From Comamonadaceae bacterium (GTDB lineage: Bacteria; Pseudomonadota; Gammaproteobacteria; Burkholderiales; Burkholderiaceae_C): DNA of 64,000 nt. This document shows positions 37,279 through 47,519 of the stretch, piece by piece. The notes beneath the pieces are model-generated. The model was not told where the DNA came from, did no database searches, and saw only the letters and a list, made by a program, of their open reading frames with translations. Position 1 is the first letter of the stretch. Each line of letters starts with the position of its first letter. The stretch covers positions 7,427-71,426 of the forward strand of contig JAIXWZ010000110.1 in NCBI GenBank assembly GCA_027491035.1, given 5' to 3'. The position numbers were made by a program, and so were the translations under genes.

Positions 37279-38889
37279 ATGAGTGCAGTTCTCGATCACC
37301 ACGACCACGATCACGACCACCATGCCCCCACCGGGTGGCGTCGCTGGGTGTTTGCAACCAACCACAAGGACATCGGCACGCTTTACTTGCTGTTTGCCTT
37401 TGCCATGCTGATGATCGGCGGCGTGCTCGCGCTGCTCATTCGCGCTGAGCTGTTCCAGCCCGGTCTGCAGGTGGTCAACCCCGAGCTGTTCAACCAGCTC
37501 ACCACCATGCACGGGCTGATCATGGTCTTTGGCGCCATCATGCCGGCCTTCGTGGGTTTCGCGAACTGGATGATCCCGCTGCAGATCGGCGCCTCTGACA
37601 TGGCTTTTGCCCGCATGAACAACTTCAGCTTCTGGCTGATGATTCCTGCGGCCATGATGCTCGCCGGCTCCTTCTTCATGCCAGGCGGCGCGCCTGCTGC
37701 GGGCTGGACGCTGTACGCGCCGCTGACGCTGCAGATGGGCCCGTCCATGGATGCTGGCATCTTTGCTCTGCACATTCTGGGCGCCTCGTCCATCATGGGC
37801 TCGATCAACATCATCGTGACCATCCTCAACATGCGCGCCCCAGGCATGACGCTGATGAAGATGCCGATGTTCGTCTGGACCTGGCTGATCACCGCCTACC
37901 TGCTCATTGCCGTCATGCCGGTGCTCGCTGGCGCCATCACCATGACGTTGACCGATCGGCACTTTGGCACCAGCTTCTTTAACCCCGCCGGCGGCGGCGA
38001 TCCGGTGATGTACCAGCACATCTTCTGGTTCTTCGGCCACCCCGAGGTCTACATCATGATCTTGCCGGCCTTCGGCATCGTCAGCCACATCATTCCGGCC
38101 TTTGCACGCAAGCGCCTGTTTGGCTATGCCTCCATGGTCTATGCCACCGGCTCGATTGCCATCCTGAGCTTCATCGTCTGGGCGCACCACATGTTCACCA
38201 CCGGCATGCCGGTGACCGGTCAGCTGTTTTTCATGTATGCGACCATGCTGATTGCGGTTCCGACCGGGGTGAAGGTGTTCAACTGGATCGCGACCATGTG
38301 GAAGGGCTCGATGACCTTCGAGACCCCGATGCTGTTTGCCGTCGGCTTCCTCTTCGTGTTCACCATGGGTGGCTTTACCGGGCTGATCCTCTCGATCGCG
38401 CCGGTCGATACCCAGTTGCAAGACGGTTACTACGTGGTGGCTCACTTCCACTATGTGCTGGTGGCCGGTTCGCTCTATGCCATGTTCGCAGGCTTTTATT
38501 ACTGGGTGCCCAAGTGGACCGGTGTCATGTACAACGAGACCCGCGGCAAGATCCATTTCTGGTGGTCGCTGATTTCTTTCAACGTCACCTTCTTTCCCAT
38601 GCACTTCCTGGGTCTGGCCGGTATGCCGCGTCGCTACGCCGACTACCCGATGCAGTTCACCGACTTCAATATGTGGGCCTCGGTGGGCGCCTTCGCCTTC
38701 GGTATTGCGCAGGTCTACTTCTTCCTCTTCATCGTGCTGCCGGTCATGCGCGGGGTCGGTGAGAAGGCGCCTGCCAAGCCCTGGGAAGCCGCTGAAGGCC
38801 TGGAGTGGGAAGTGCCCTCGCCTGCGCCTTTCCACACGTTTGAGACGCCACCCAAGCTCGATGCCACGGCCACTCGTGTGATCGGCTGA
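37279..38889 (+). CDS. ctaD: Cytochrome c oxidase subunit I (A1 type)
   Basis: HKDIGTLY, FGHPEVY, WAHHM, AHFHY. Confidence 0.97.
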   Translation: MSAVLDHHDHDHDHHAPTGWRRWVFATNHKDIGTLYLLFAFAMLMIGGVLALLIRAELFQPGLQVVNPELFNQLTTMHGLIMVFGAIMPAFVGFANWMIPLQIGASDMAFARMNNFSFWLMIPAAMMLAGSFFMPGGAPAAGWTLYAPLTLQMGPSMDAGIFALHILGASSIMGSINIIVTILNMRAPGMTLMKMPMFVWTWLITAYLLIAVMPVLAGAITMTLTDRHFGTSFFNPAGGGDPVMYQHIFWFFGHPEVYIMILPAFGIVSHIIPAFARKRLFGYASMVYATGSIAILSFIVWAHHMFTTGMPVTGQLFFMYATMLIAVPTGVKVFNWIATMWKGSMTFETPMLFAVGFLFVFTMGGFTGLILSIAPVDTQLQDGYYVVAHFHYVLVAGSLYAMFAGFYYWVPKWTGVMYNETRGKIHFWWSLISFNVTFFPMHFLGLAGMPRRYADYPMQFTDFNMWASVGAFAFGIAQVYFFLFIVLPVMRGVGEKAPAKPWEAAEGLEWEVPSPAPFHTFETPPKLDATATRVIG

Positions 38890-38903
38890 GTGCGCGCATC
38901 GCC

Positions 38904-39014
38904 ATGAGTCCCGAACAAGCCAAAAGCAACCGCCGCCTGGGCTGGGTCCTGGCGTCGGTGGTCTTGGTGTTCTTTGTCGGCTTCATCGTGCGCGTTGTCG
39001 TGCTCGGCATCTGA
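38904..39014 (+). CDS. Small single-TM cytochrome oxidase-associated protein (36 aa, not in the ORF track)
   Basis: Manual translation MSPEQAKSNRRLGWVLASVVLVFFVGFIVRVVVLGI* between subunit I and CtaG. Confidence 0.8.
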   Translation: MSPEQAKSNRRLGWVLASVVLVFFVGFIVRVVVLGI

Positions 39015-39027
39015 GGATCACGTCACC

Positions 39028-39645
39028 ATGGGACCTCGGCGCGACAACCTGCGGATGCTGGGCAAGCTCTCGGTCATCGTGCTGGGCATGTTTGGCTTTG
39101 GCTACGCACTGGTGCCCTTGTACATCGCGATATGCGAAATGACGGGCATCAATGTGCTGGCCCTGAGCGACAAGCTCATTCCGGGTGCCTCGTCGGTCCA
39201 GACGGCCAACACCCAGGTGGACAAGACCCGGACGATCACGGTCGAGTTTGATGCCAATGCGCGCGGCCCCTGGGATTTCAAGCCGGCGTTGCGTTCGGTG
39301 CAGGTCCATCCGGGCGAGCTGGCCACGGTGATGTACGAGTTTCGCAACGCGCAAGATCGCACCATGGCCGCTCAGGCCATACCGAGCTATGCGCCGCGCC
39401 AGGCGTCACCGCATTTCAACAAGCTCGAGTGTTTTTGCTTCAACCAGTACACGCTGGCTCCCGGCGAGAAAAAGCAGTGGCCCGTGGCCTTTGTGATCGA
39501 CCCGAAGTTGCCCAAAGACGTCACCACCATCACCTTGTCCTACACCTTCTTTGAAGTCGGGGGCAAGACGCCGCCCGCACCAGCCGGTACGGTGGGTGTG
39601 GGCAAGTCGGCGAGCATTCAAGCCGTGGTGGTGCCAGGTTCATGA
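39028..39645 (+). CDS. ctaG: Cytochrome c oxidase assembly protein Cox11
   Basis: LVPLYIAIC, Cu motif ECFCF. Confidence 0.94.
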   Translation: MGPRRDNLRMLGKLSVIVLGMFGFGYALVPLYIAICEMTGINVLALSDKLIPGASSVQTANTQVDKTRTITVEFDANARGPWDFKPALRSVQVHPGELATVMYEFRNAQDRTMAAQAIPSYAPRQASPHFNKLECFCFNQYTLAPGEKKQWPVAFVIDPKLPKDVTTITLSYTFFEVGGKTPPAPAGTVGVGKSASIQAVVVPGS

Positions 39646-39851
39646 GTCAGGCCCCCGTCGTCGCGCGCACGTCCTGGTGGGCAACGGTCAGGACCGTGGC
39701 CTGGTCTTTTTTGGGCTTGCGGGCCCGCGTGGGGCTCGAGCGCGATGTGCAGCAGATCAAGCCGCTGCATGTGGTGCTGGTTGGCTTTGTGGGTGTGTTT
39801 GTCTTCGTGGGGGCCCTGGCCGCCTTGGTCCACTGGATCGTGCCAGGTTAA
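39642..39851 (+). CDS. DUF2970-like small membrane protein
   Basis: VAWSFLGLR...PLHVVLVG, ATGA overlap with ctaG. Confidence 0.8.
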   Translation: MSQAPVVARTSWWATVRTVAWSFLGLRARVGLERDVQQIKPLHVVLVGFVGVFVFVGALAALVHWIVPG

Positions 39852-39923
39852 TGGGGTGGGGCCGTCGCTTCAGGCGGTGGGGTTTTGGTTTTTGTCGAGT
39901 TTTTGAGTATCAGAGGAAAGAGC

Positions 39924-40805
39924 ATGTCTTCAGCTGCACATGGCGCAACGCCCTACTACTACGTGCCCGGCCCGTCGCGCCATCCCGTCATGGCCGCCAT
40001 CGGTCTGTTCTTTGTGATTCTGGGCGCTGGCCAATGGATCAACGGCGCCGGCTGGGGTGCTTACAGCCTGCTTTTTGGCATGCTGTTTTGGCTCGGCGTG
40101 CTCTACCAGTGGTTTCGTGACGCGATTGCCGAGAGTGAAGGCGGTCTCTACGGCGAGCGCATCGACATGTCGTTTCGCTGGTCCATGAGCTGGTTCATCT
40201 TTTCTGAGGTGATGTTCTTTGGCGCGTTTTTCTCGGCCCTGTGGTGGGCCCGGGCGCATGCCCTGCCCGCGCTGGGCAGTCTAGACAACGCGTTGCTGTG
40301 GCCCGACTTTCGGGCGATCTGGCCCACCGTCGAGGCTGGCGTGACCGGCTCGCCGGCTGGCATCGTCGAGCCCTTCACCACGGTCGGCCCGTTCTGGCTG
40401 CCCACCATCAACACCGCCTTGTTGCTGACTTCGGGCGTGACCTTGACGATTGCCCACCACGCCCTGCGCGAGGGTCTGCGCGCCAAGACCATCACCTACA
40501 TGTGGCTCACGGTGGCTCTGGGCGTGATCTTCCTGGGGGTGCAGGGCTACGAGTACTACCACCTCTACACCGACCTGAACCTCAAGCTCAATTCGGGCAT
40601 GTATGGCTCGACCTTCTACTTGCTCACTGGCTTTCACGGCTTTCACGTCTTCGTGGGCATGTTGATGCTGCTGTTCATCACCTTGCGCCTGCAAAAGGGC
40701 CACTTCACCCCCGAGCGCCATTTTGGCTTTGAAGGTGCGGCCTGGTACTGGCACTTTGTGGACGTCGTTTGGCTGGGCCTGTACATCCTCGTGTACTGGA
40801 TGTGA
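39924..40805 (+). CDS. coxC: Cytochrome c oxidase subunit III
   Basis: WFIFSEVMFF, INTALLLTSG, TGFHGFHV, WYWHFVDVVW. Confidence 0.96.
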   Translation: MSSAAHGATPYYYVPGPSRHPVMAAIGLFFVILGAGQWINGAGWGAYSLLFGMLFWLGVLYQWFRDAIAESEGGLYGERIDMSFRWSMSWFIFSEVMFFGAFFSALWWARAHALPALGSLDNALLWPDFRAIWPTVEAGVTGSPAGIVEPFTTVGPFWLPTINTALLLTSGVTLTIAHHALREGLRAKTITYMWLTVALGVIFLGVQGYEYYHLYTDLNLKLNSGMYGSTFYLLTGFHGFHVFVGMLMLLFITLRLQKGHFTPERHFGFEGAAWYWHFVDVVWLGLYILVYWM

Positions 40806-40882
40806 TCGGCGCGCGGGGCGCGCGTGCGGCCCGGCCCCAAGCCGGCGGGCGGTAGCTGCTCCACTGCTTGCCAGCAATGCCC

Positions 40883-40907
40883 AGGCCGCTGGTTCAGCGG
40901 CCTTTTT
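40883..40907 (+). terminator. Intrinsic terminator after coxC
   Basis: AGGCCGCTG-GTT-CAGCGGCCT-TTTT. Confidence 0.8.
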
Positions 40908-40921
40908 CATGGGCGTGACGC

Positions 40922-41140
40922 CTATGTCGAGATGGGCAAGCCGGTCGGGCGGATGTAGCCCAGTTTCCAGGCCAGCAGCACGCACAGGAACAGCAGGATG
41001 GAAAAGCCCACCCGAAAAGCCAATGCGCGTGCCATGTGACTGGTCTTGGGTTTGCCGCGACCGTCTTTGAGCATGAAGTACAGAGCGCTGGCCAGGGCGC
41101 CCAAAATGGCCAAGAAGGCCAAGCCAACCAGATAGGACAT
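40922..41140 (-). CDS. Twin transmembrane helix small protein (DUF2909-like)
   Basis: MSYLVGLAFLAILGALASALYFMLKD...RALAFRVGFS; usual position opposite SURF1. Confidence 0.82.
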   Translation of the reverse strand: MSYLVGLAFLAILGALASALYFMLKDGRGKPKTSHMARALAFRVGFSILLFLCVLLAWKLGYIRPTGLPIST

Positions 41141-41157
41141 CGGAGAATTATCGACGC

Positions 41158-41928
41158 ATGAGCCACGGCCCGCATTTAGCACCAGCCAAGCCAGCAGGTT
41201 TGCGCTCAGCGCGCTGGTGGCTGTTGACCTTGGCCACCTGGGCCATGATCGGCTTGACGTTTTCGCTCGGGCGCTGGCAGCTCGAGCGGGCTGCCTACAA
41301 GAGCGATCTGGCGGCCAGCATCGAGGCGCGTGGCCGCGAGCCCGCCCTCGACGGCGCGGCCCTGCTCGCGCGTCAGGATCTGTCGGACCAACTTCACCGA
41401 TCGGTGACGGTGCGCGGGCAGTGGTTGGCCGAAAGCACGGTCTATCTGGACAACCGGCCGATGGCCGGCCGAGTCGGGTTCTGGGTGCTGGCGCCCTTGC
41501 AGATTGAAGGCAGCACGCAGGTGGTGTTGGTGCAACGCGGCTGGATCGCACGCGACTTCCTGGACCGCCAGCGCCTGGCCGCCGTGCAGACGCCCGCCGG
41601 CACGGTGCAGGTCTCGGGGCGTTTGGCCCTTTGGCCCGGCAAACTTTACGCCTTCGAGACCGACGAGCGCGGCCTGATCCGGCAAAATCTTGACATCGGC
41701 GCGTATCGCAAGGAAACCGGCCTGCCTTTGATCGACGCGCTCGTGGTGCAGACGGGGGAGGGCAGCGAAGGGCTGCAGCGCAACTGGGATGCGCCCAATC
41801 TGGGCCTAGACAAGCACCACGGTTATGCCTTTCAGTGGTTCTCTTTGTCCGCCTTGCTGCTCGTGCTCTACCTGTGGTTTCAGTGGATCGCTCCGCGGCG
41901 CCGAAAACCTTCTTCCAGTCCCTCATGA
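41158..41928 (+). CDS. SURF1 family cytochrome oxidase assembly protein
   Basis: LGRWQLERA, VLVQRGW, HHGYAFQWF. Confidence 0.92.
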   Translation: MSHGPHLAPAKPAGLRSARWWLLTLATWAMIGLTFSLGRWQLERAAYKSDLAASIEARGREPALDGAALLARQDLSDQLHRSVTVRGQWLAESTVYLDNRPMAGRVGFWVLAPLQIEGSTQVVLVQRGWIARDFLDRQRLAAVQTPAGTVQVSGRLALWPGKLYAFETDERGLIRQNLDIGAYRKETGLPLIDALVVQTGEGSEGLQRNWDAPNLGLDKHHGYAFQWFSLSALLLVLYLWFQWIAPRRRKPSSSPS

Positions 41929-42623
41929 AACCTTCCTCCACCGCCCAGACCAGCCAGGCGTCCGGTGAGCAGCCCCTGGGGCTGACCGTGCACGAGTTGC
42001 CCTCGCCCGAGCGGGCCAGCACAGCCGCGGCTGTGGCCGGGCGCTGGCGCATGCTGCTGATCTTGCTGGTCTGCGCTGCCCCCGTTATCGCGTCTTATTT
42101 CACCTACTACGTGATCCGGCCTGAGGGACGGCGCAGTTTCGGTGAGCTGATCGAGCCGCAGCGTCCCTTGCCCGCGGTCCAGGTGCTGAACTTGCAGGGA
42201 CAACCAGTGCCTTTGAGCGGGCTGAAAAACCAGTGGCTGCTGGTCAGCGTGGGCGCTGCGGCCTGCGATGCGGTGTGCCAGAACAACCTTTATCTGCAGC
42301 GCCAGTTGCGCGAGTCGCTCGGCCGTGAGAAAGATCGGTTGGATCGGGTCTGGCTGATCAGTGACGACGCACCGGTGCCTGATGCGCTGCAGCCGGCCTT
42401 GCAGGGCGCCACCGCCTTGCGCGTGCCGGCCGCCACCTTGTCGGCCTGGCTGGAGCCGGCTGCGGGCGCGGCCTTGTCCGATCACCTCTACGTGGTCGAC
42501 CCGATGGGCCACTGGATGATGCGATTGCCGCCACGGCTGGGCGTTGAAGACGCTGGCCGGGCCAAGCGCGACCTCAATCGCCTGCTGCGCGCCTCCAGCA
42601 GCTGGGACCAGAGCGGGCGGTAA
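41925..42623 (+). CDS. Membrane-anchored SCO/thioredoxin-like cox-cluster protein
   Basis: VCAAPVIASY TM, CDAVC, YVVDPMGHWMM. Confidence 0.75.
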   Translation: MKPSSTAQTSQASGEQPLGLTVHELPSPERASTAAAVAGRWRMLLILLVCAAPVIASYFTYYVIRPEGRRSFGELIEPQRPLPAVQVLNLQGQPVPLSGLKNQWLLVSVGAAACDAVCQNNLYLQRQLRESLGREKDRLDRVWLISDDAPVPDALQPALQGATALRVPAATLSAWLEPAAGAALSDHLYVVDPMGHWMMRLPPRLGVEDAGRAKRDLNRLLRASSSWDQSGR

Positions 42624-42633
42624 GGCACGCACC

Positions 42634-43812
42634 ATGCCTGAGACCAGCGCGCTTTACGACTTTGGCCCCACCGGCCGGCTGATGCTGGTGGGCGTGGTGC
42701 TGGCCCTGGGCCCGCTGGCCTGGGTGTGGCTGCGCCAGCGCAGGGGCACACCCGCGCAGCGGCTGCGCGCGCTGACCTGGGTGACCCTGTTCTTGACCTT
42801 CGATCTGGTGATTTTTGGGGCCTTCACCCGGCTCAGCGATTCGGGCCTGGGCTGCCCCGACTGGCCCGGCTGCTACGGCAGCGCCAGCCCGATCGGCGCG
42901 CGCGAGGAGATCACGCAAGCGCAAACGGCCTTGCCCACCGGCCCGGTCACCCACGGCAAGGCCTGGATCGAGATGATTCACCGCTACCTGGCCAGCGCCG
43001 TCGGTGTGCTCATTGTCACCCTGGCCGCTGCCACCTTCTGGCTGTCACGGCGGCGCGAGACGGGGCAAGGCGCAGCGCCGCTGCACGTCTCGCCGGCCTG
43101 GCCGCTCTTGACGCTGTTTTGGGTCTGCATGCAAGGCGCTTTTGGCGCGTTGACCGTGACCATGAAGCTTTTTCCGGCCATCGTCACCTTGCACCTGCTC
43201 GGCGGCATGGCGCTGCTGGCCTTGCTGCAAGTTCAGGCCAGCCGCTATGCACAGGCCGATGCGGCGCTGGCCGAACCGACCCCAGTGAGCGCATCGGCGC
43301 GCCTGCTGCTGTGGCTGGGCTTTGCCTTGTTGTGGTTGCAAATTGCGCTCGGTGGCTGGGTGAGCACCAATTACGCGGTGCTGGCTTGTACCGAGTTTCC
43401 GGGCTGCCAGGGCTCGTTTTGGCCGACCATGGACTTCAGGCAGGGCTTTACGCTCTGGCGTGAGCTGGGCGCTGGTCGCGATGGGGGCAACATCAGCTTT
43501 GCAGCGCTCACTGCCATCCATTACGTCCACCGTCTGGCGGCCTATGTGGTGATGCTGGTCTTGCTGCTGCTGGCCCTGAAACTGCGGCGCGAGCCGGCCA
43601 CGCAGCAGGCCGGGCGTTGGGTCTTGGGCTTGATCGTTTGGCAGTTTGCCAGCGGTCTGAGCAATGTGGTGCTGGGCTGGCCGCTGCTGGCCGCGCTGGC
43701 GCATACTGCGGGGGCGGCGGCGCTGGTCATCGTTTTGACCGCTACCATCTGCAACACGCGCACTGCGGCGCGCGCCCGATCGATCGTCCCTTTGTCGCAA
43801 GCCTCAGCATGA
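42634..43812 (+). CDS. ctaA: Heme A synthase (Cox15/CtaA)
   Basis: [33 protein letters not shown]. Confidence 0.92.
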   Translation: MPETSALYDFGPTGRLMLVGVVLALGPLAWVWLRQRRGTPAQRLRALTWVTLFLTFDLVIFGAFTRLSDSGLGCPDWPGCYGSASPIGAREEITQAQTALPTGPVTHGKAWIEMIHRYLASAVGVLIVTLAAATFWLSRRRETGQGAAPLHVSPAWPLLTLFWVCMQGAFGALTVTMKLFPAIVTLHLLGGMALLALLQVQASRYAQADAALAEPTPVSASARLLLWLGFALLWLQIALGGWVSTNYAVLACTEFPGCQGSFWPTMDFRQGFTLWRELGAGRDGGNISFAALTAIHYVHRLAAYVVMLVLLLLALKLRREPATQQAGRWVLGLIVWQFASGLSNVVLGWPLLAALAHTAGAAALVIVLTATICNTRTAARARSIVPLSQASA

Positions 43813-44714
43813 GTTCCACCCCTCTCCCGTCCGCCGCGCCTGACCTGTCGCGCTGGTCCCAGTTTTACGCGCTGACCAAGCCGCGTGTGGTGCAGCTCAT
43901 TGTCTTTTGCGCGCTCATCGGCATGGTGCTGGCGGTGCCCGGCGCGCCGCGCTGGGCCGATGTGTCGCTGGCGCTGGTCGCCTGCCTGGGCATCTGGCTG
44001 GTTGCCGGTGCGGCTGCCGCATTCAATTGCATCGTCGAGCAGCACATCGATGCGCGCATGCGCCGCACGGCCTGGCGTCCGACCGCCAAAGGCCAGTTGA
44101 GCAATGCGCAGACGCTGCTTTTTTCTGCGGTGCTGTGCGCACTGGGCTCGGTGGTCCTCTACGTCTGGGTCAATCCCCTGACCATGTGGCTGACCTTTGC
44201 CACCTTTGTCGGCTACGCCGTCATCTACACCGTCGTGCTCAAGCCGTTGACGCCGCAAAACATCGTCATTGGCGGAGCCTCTGGCGCCATGCCGCCGGTG
44301 CTGGGTTGGGCCGCGATGACCGGTCAGGTCGGGGCCGAGGCGCTGATCTTGTTTCTGATCATCTTTCTGTGGACGCCTCCCCATTTCTGGGCCCTGGCGC
44401 TGTACCGGGTCGAGGACTACCGCAAGTCGGGTCTGCCCATGCTGCCGGTGACCCACGGCAATGAATTCACCCGCCTGCAGATCCTGCTCTACACCATCGT
44501 GCTGTTTGCCGCCTGCCTGATGCCCTTCGTCTTCCAGATGAGCGGCTGGTTCTACCTGCTGGTGGCCACCGTGCTGAGCGTCATGTTCTGTGCCTATGGC
44601 TGGGCCTTGTGGCGCGAGTATTCGGACGCGCTGGCGCGCAAGACCTTCCGCTTCTCGCTCATTCACCTGTCGGTGCTGTTCGCCGCCTTCCTGATCGATC
44701 ACTACATCCGATGA
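43809..44714 (+). CDS. ctaB: Protoheme IX farnesyltransferase (heme O synthase)
   Basis: [27 protein letters not shown]. Confidence 0.95.
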   Translation: MSSTPLPSAAPDLSRWSQFYALTKPRVVQLIVFCALIGMVLAVPGAPRWADVSLALVACLGIWLVAGAAAAFNCIVEQHIDARMRRTAWRPTAKGQLSNAQTLLFSAVLCALGSVVLYVWVNPLTMWLTFATFVGYAVIYTVVLKPLTPQNIVIGGASGAMPPVLGWAAMTGQVGAEALILFLIIFLWTPPHFWALALYRVEDYRKSGLPMLPVTHGNEFTRLQILLYTIVLFAACLMPFVFQMSGWFYLLVATVLSVMFCAYGWALWREYSDALARKTFRFSLIHLSVLFAAFLIDHYIR

Positions 44715-45307
44715 CTGCGATGCTGTACCGCCGTGCCACGATGTTGGCTGCGGCCACCTTGATGCTTGGCGCCTGCTCGCCCGACAAGCCGCAGTTTCGA
44801 AGCATCGACGTCACCGGGGCCGATTACGCGCGCGACTTCAAGCTGGCCGACCACAACGGGCAGCAGCGCACCCTGGCCGATTTCCGGGGCAAGGTGGTGG
44901 TGATTTTTTTTGGCTTTGCCCAGTGCCCGGACGTCTGCCCCACCGCCATGGCCGAGCTCGCCGAGGTCAAGCGACTGCTTGGCGCAGATGCGGGCAAGTT
45001 GCAGGGCCTGTTTATCACGCTCGACCCCGAGCGCGACACGCCCGAGGTGCTCAAGGCCTATATGGGCAACTTCGACCCGGCTTTTCTGGCCCTTCGACCC
45101 GAGGCCCAGGAGTTGCCCGACCTGGCCAAGCACTTCAAGATCTTCTACAAGAAAAACGAAGGCAAAACTGCGGGCAGCTACACCCTCGATCACACCGCCG
45201 CCAGCTATGTGTTCGACCCACAGGGGCGGGTGCGGCTCTACACCCGCCACGGCATGGGCCCTGCGGCGCTGTCCGAGGACCTGAAGATCTTGCTCAAGGG
45301 CGCTTGA
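44711..45307 (+). CDS. SCO1/SenC family lipoprotein
   Basis: Lipobox LGAC, CPDVC, DPERDT, DHTA. Confidence 0.93.
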   Translation: MTAMLYRRATMLAAATLMLGACSPDKPQFRSIDVTGADYARDFKLADHNGQQRTLADFRGKVVVIFFGFAQCPDVCPTAMAELAEVKRLLGADAGKLQGLFITLDPERDTPEVLKAYMGNFDPAFLALRPEAQELPDLAKHFKIFYKKNEGKTAGSYTLDHTAASYVFDPQGRVRLYTRHGMGPAALSEDLKILLKGA

Positions 45308-45308
45308 G

Positions 45309-45356
45309 GCACCCCAGCACCCCAGCACCCCAGCACCTCAGCACCTCAGCACCTCA
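45309..45356. repeat. 8-bp tandem repeat x6 (VNTR-like)
   Basis: (GCACCCCA)3(GCACCTCA)3 between convergent stop codons. Confidence 0.9.
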
Positions 45357-46340
45357 GGGCTGGATTTTTTGCTCGCGGATGATCTGGCCCAGATCCTGGG
45401 TGTCGGCGGCGATACGGCTTTTGAGCTCGTCCGGCCCCGAGCCGATGGGCTGCCAGCCCTGTTGCACCAGCTTGGCGCGCACATCGGCCGAGCGCACGAT
45501 CTCGGCCACCACGGCGCTCAGGCGCTGCACTTGCGCCGCCGGCTGCGTGGCTGGCGCTGCCACCGCATTCCAGATCTCCAGCCGGTAGTTCTTCACGCCC
45601 GCCTCAGCCAGGCTGGGCACATCGGGCACCAGAGCGCTGCGCCCGGCGCTGGTGCTGCCGAGCACGCGCAGCTTGCCGCTGCGCGTCTGGGCGGCGGCCA
45701 GGGCCGGTGGCAGCAAGGCGGCCTGGATCTGCGCCCCCAAAATCGCCGTGATCACCTGTGGGTTGCCGGGGTAGGGCACATGCACCGGCGCGATACCGGT
45801 GCGCGCCTTGAGCAGCTCCATGCCCAGGTGGGCCACTGTGCCCACCCCGGGCGAGCCATAGCTGGCGGCCGAGCCGCTTTGGCGCATCTGGGCCAGCCAC
45901 TGCGCAGCATCCGCACCGGGCGCGTCGGCGGGCACGGCCAGCACCAGCGGGGCGGTGCCGATCAGGCTCACAGGCGCGAGATCTTTTTGCGGGTCATAGG
46001 GCAGTTTGGGGTTGAGTAAGCCGGCAATCGTCATGTTGCCGTTGATCATCAGCCCCAGGGTGTGACCATCCGTGGCCTTGGCCACATAGTCGGCGGCGAT
46101 GTTGCCACCCGCGCCCACCTTGTTGTCCACGATCACGCTCTGGCCCAGCGCCTTCGACAGCGGCTCGGCCAGCAGGCGGGCCGTCAGATCCGGGCTCGAG
46201 CCCGCCGGAAAACCGACCACCAATCGCACCGTCTTGTTGGGCCAGTCGGCGGTTTGCGCCGCCACACCGGTGCAGGTCAAGGTCAGGGCGAGCAGGGCGC
46301 CCATTGAGGTTCGTCGGCTGGTTAAGCGATAGCTTGGCAT
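45354..46340 (-). CDS. Bug/TctC family receptor
   Basis: WPNKTVRLVVGFPAGSSPD, DNKVGAGG, HVPYPG. Confidence 0.92.
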   Translation of the reverse strand: MPSYRLTSRRTSMGALLALTLTCTGVAAQTADWPNKTVRLVVGFPAGSSPDLTARLLAEPLSKALGQSVIVDNKVGAGGNIAADYVAKATDGHTLGLMINGNMTIAGLLNPKLPYDPQKDLAPVSLIGTAPLVLAVPADAPGADAAQWLAQMRQSGSAASYGSPGVGTVAHLGMELLKARTGIAPVHVPYPGNPQVITAILGAQIQAALLPPALAAAQTRSGKLRVLGSTSAGRSALVPDVPSLAEAGVKNYRLEIWNAVAAPATQPAAQVQRLSAVVAEIVRSADVRAKLVQQGWQPIGSGPDELKSRIAADTQDLGQIIREQKIQP

Positions 46341-46395
46341 TTTTGTCTCCAGGGTGGGGCCACTGGCCCGGCTGCGCCAGGCCCGCGTGGCCAGT

Positions 46396-47334
46396 TCAGG
46401 CGTAGGCTGCCAGTGCCTTGCGCATTTTCTTCATCGCCGCCACTTCGATCTGGCGGATGCGCTCGGCGCTGACCTGGTACTGGGCGGCCAGTTCGTGCAG
46501 CGTCATGCCGCCTGAGCCGTCGTCGTTGACCTTGAGCCAGCGCTCCTGCACGATGCGCCGGGCACGCGGGTCGAGCTCCTCGAGTGCGGCAGCGATGCCA
46601 TCGCTGGCCAGCACATCGCGCTGGTGTGACTCAATCAGGGCTGAGGGCTCTTGGCTCACGTCGGCCAGGTAGGCGATCGGTCCGTAGGCTTCTTGTCCGT
46701 CGTCGCCGGGCGAGGGGTCGAGCAGCACGTCGCCGCCGGCCATGCGCTGCTCCATCTCGATGACCTCTTCGCGCTTGACATTGAGCGTGCGCGCCATCGA
46801 GTCGATCTGCTCCTGGCTGAGCGTGTCGCGGTGGGTGGCCACCTCCACATCGTCCTTGAAGCCTTGTTTCATCGAGCGCAGATTGAAGAACAGCTTGCGC
46901 TGCGCCTTGGTCGTGGCCGTCTTGACCATGCGCCAGTTGCGCAAAATGTATTCGTGAATTTCGGCCTTGATCCAGTGCAGCGCATAGCTGACCAGGCGCA
47001 CGCCCTGATCGGGGTCAAAGCGCTTGACGGCCTTCATCAGGCCGATGTTGCCTTCCTGGATCAGGTCGCCGTGCGGCAGGCCATAGCCCAAGTATTTGCG
47101 TGACACCGACACCACCAGGCGCAGGTGCGAGAGCACCATGCGACTGGCCGCCTCGAGGTCGTTTTTCTCGCGCAGGCGGCGCGCGCACTCCTGCTCTTCT
47201 TCCAGGCTGAGCATGGGCAGGCGGTTGACCGCGCTGATGTAGGCGTCAAGATTGCCCAGTGGCGGCAGCAAGCTGGCGCTGGCCCACGGGTTGGCGATGG
47301 TCAGGGCACCCGGGTTGGCAGACAGATTTGTCAT
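46396..47334 (-). CDS. rpoH: RNA polymerase sigma-32 factor
   Basis: DLIQEGNIGLMKAVKRFDP, RpoH box QRKLFFNLR, VSAERIRQIE. Confidence 0.97.
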   Translation of the reverse strand: MTNLSANPGALTIANPWASASLLPPLGNLDAYISAVNRLPMLSLEEEQECARRLREKNDLEAASRMVLSHLRLVVSVSRKYLGYGLPHGDLIQEGNIGLMKAVKRFDPDQGVRLVSYALHWIKAEIHEYILRNWRMVKTATTKAQRKLFFNLRSMKQGFKDDVEVATHRDTLSQEQIDSMARTLNVKREEVIEMEQRMAGGDVLLDPSPGDDGQEAYGPIAYLADVSQEPSALIESHQRDVLASDGIAAALEELDPRARRIVQERWLKVNDDGSGGMTLHELAAQYQVSAERIRQIEVAAMKKMRKALAAYA

Positions 47335-47364
47335 GAGTGGCTCCTTTTGAGGAATGCCGTGAGT

Positions 47365-47391
47365 TTAGCACTCTCAATGCTCGAGTGCTAA
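47365..47391. promoter_or_regulatory. CIRCE element (HrcA operator) upstream of rpoH
   Basis: Exact consensus TTAGCACTC-N9(TCAATGCTC)-GAGTGCTAA. Confidence 0.95.
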
Positions 47392-47519
47392 CAACCCTAT
47401 GGATCGGTTTGCAGGGCTGAGCGCTGGTTTTTTGAACTCTTAAGAGCTAAAAAAAAGGCTATGGATGGTCAATATCGCAGGCCCCGACCGAAGCTCGCCA
47501 CGGCCGCCCCAGGCCTTGG

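Noticed and set aside
37261-38835. 524-aa minus-strand ORF
   Set aside because: Antisense shadow of cytochrome oxidase subunit I
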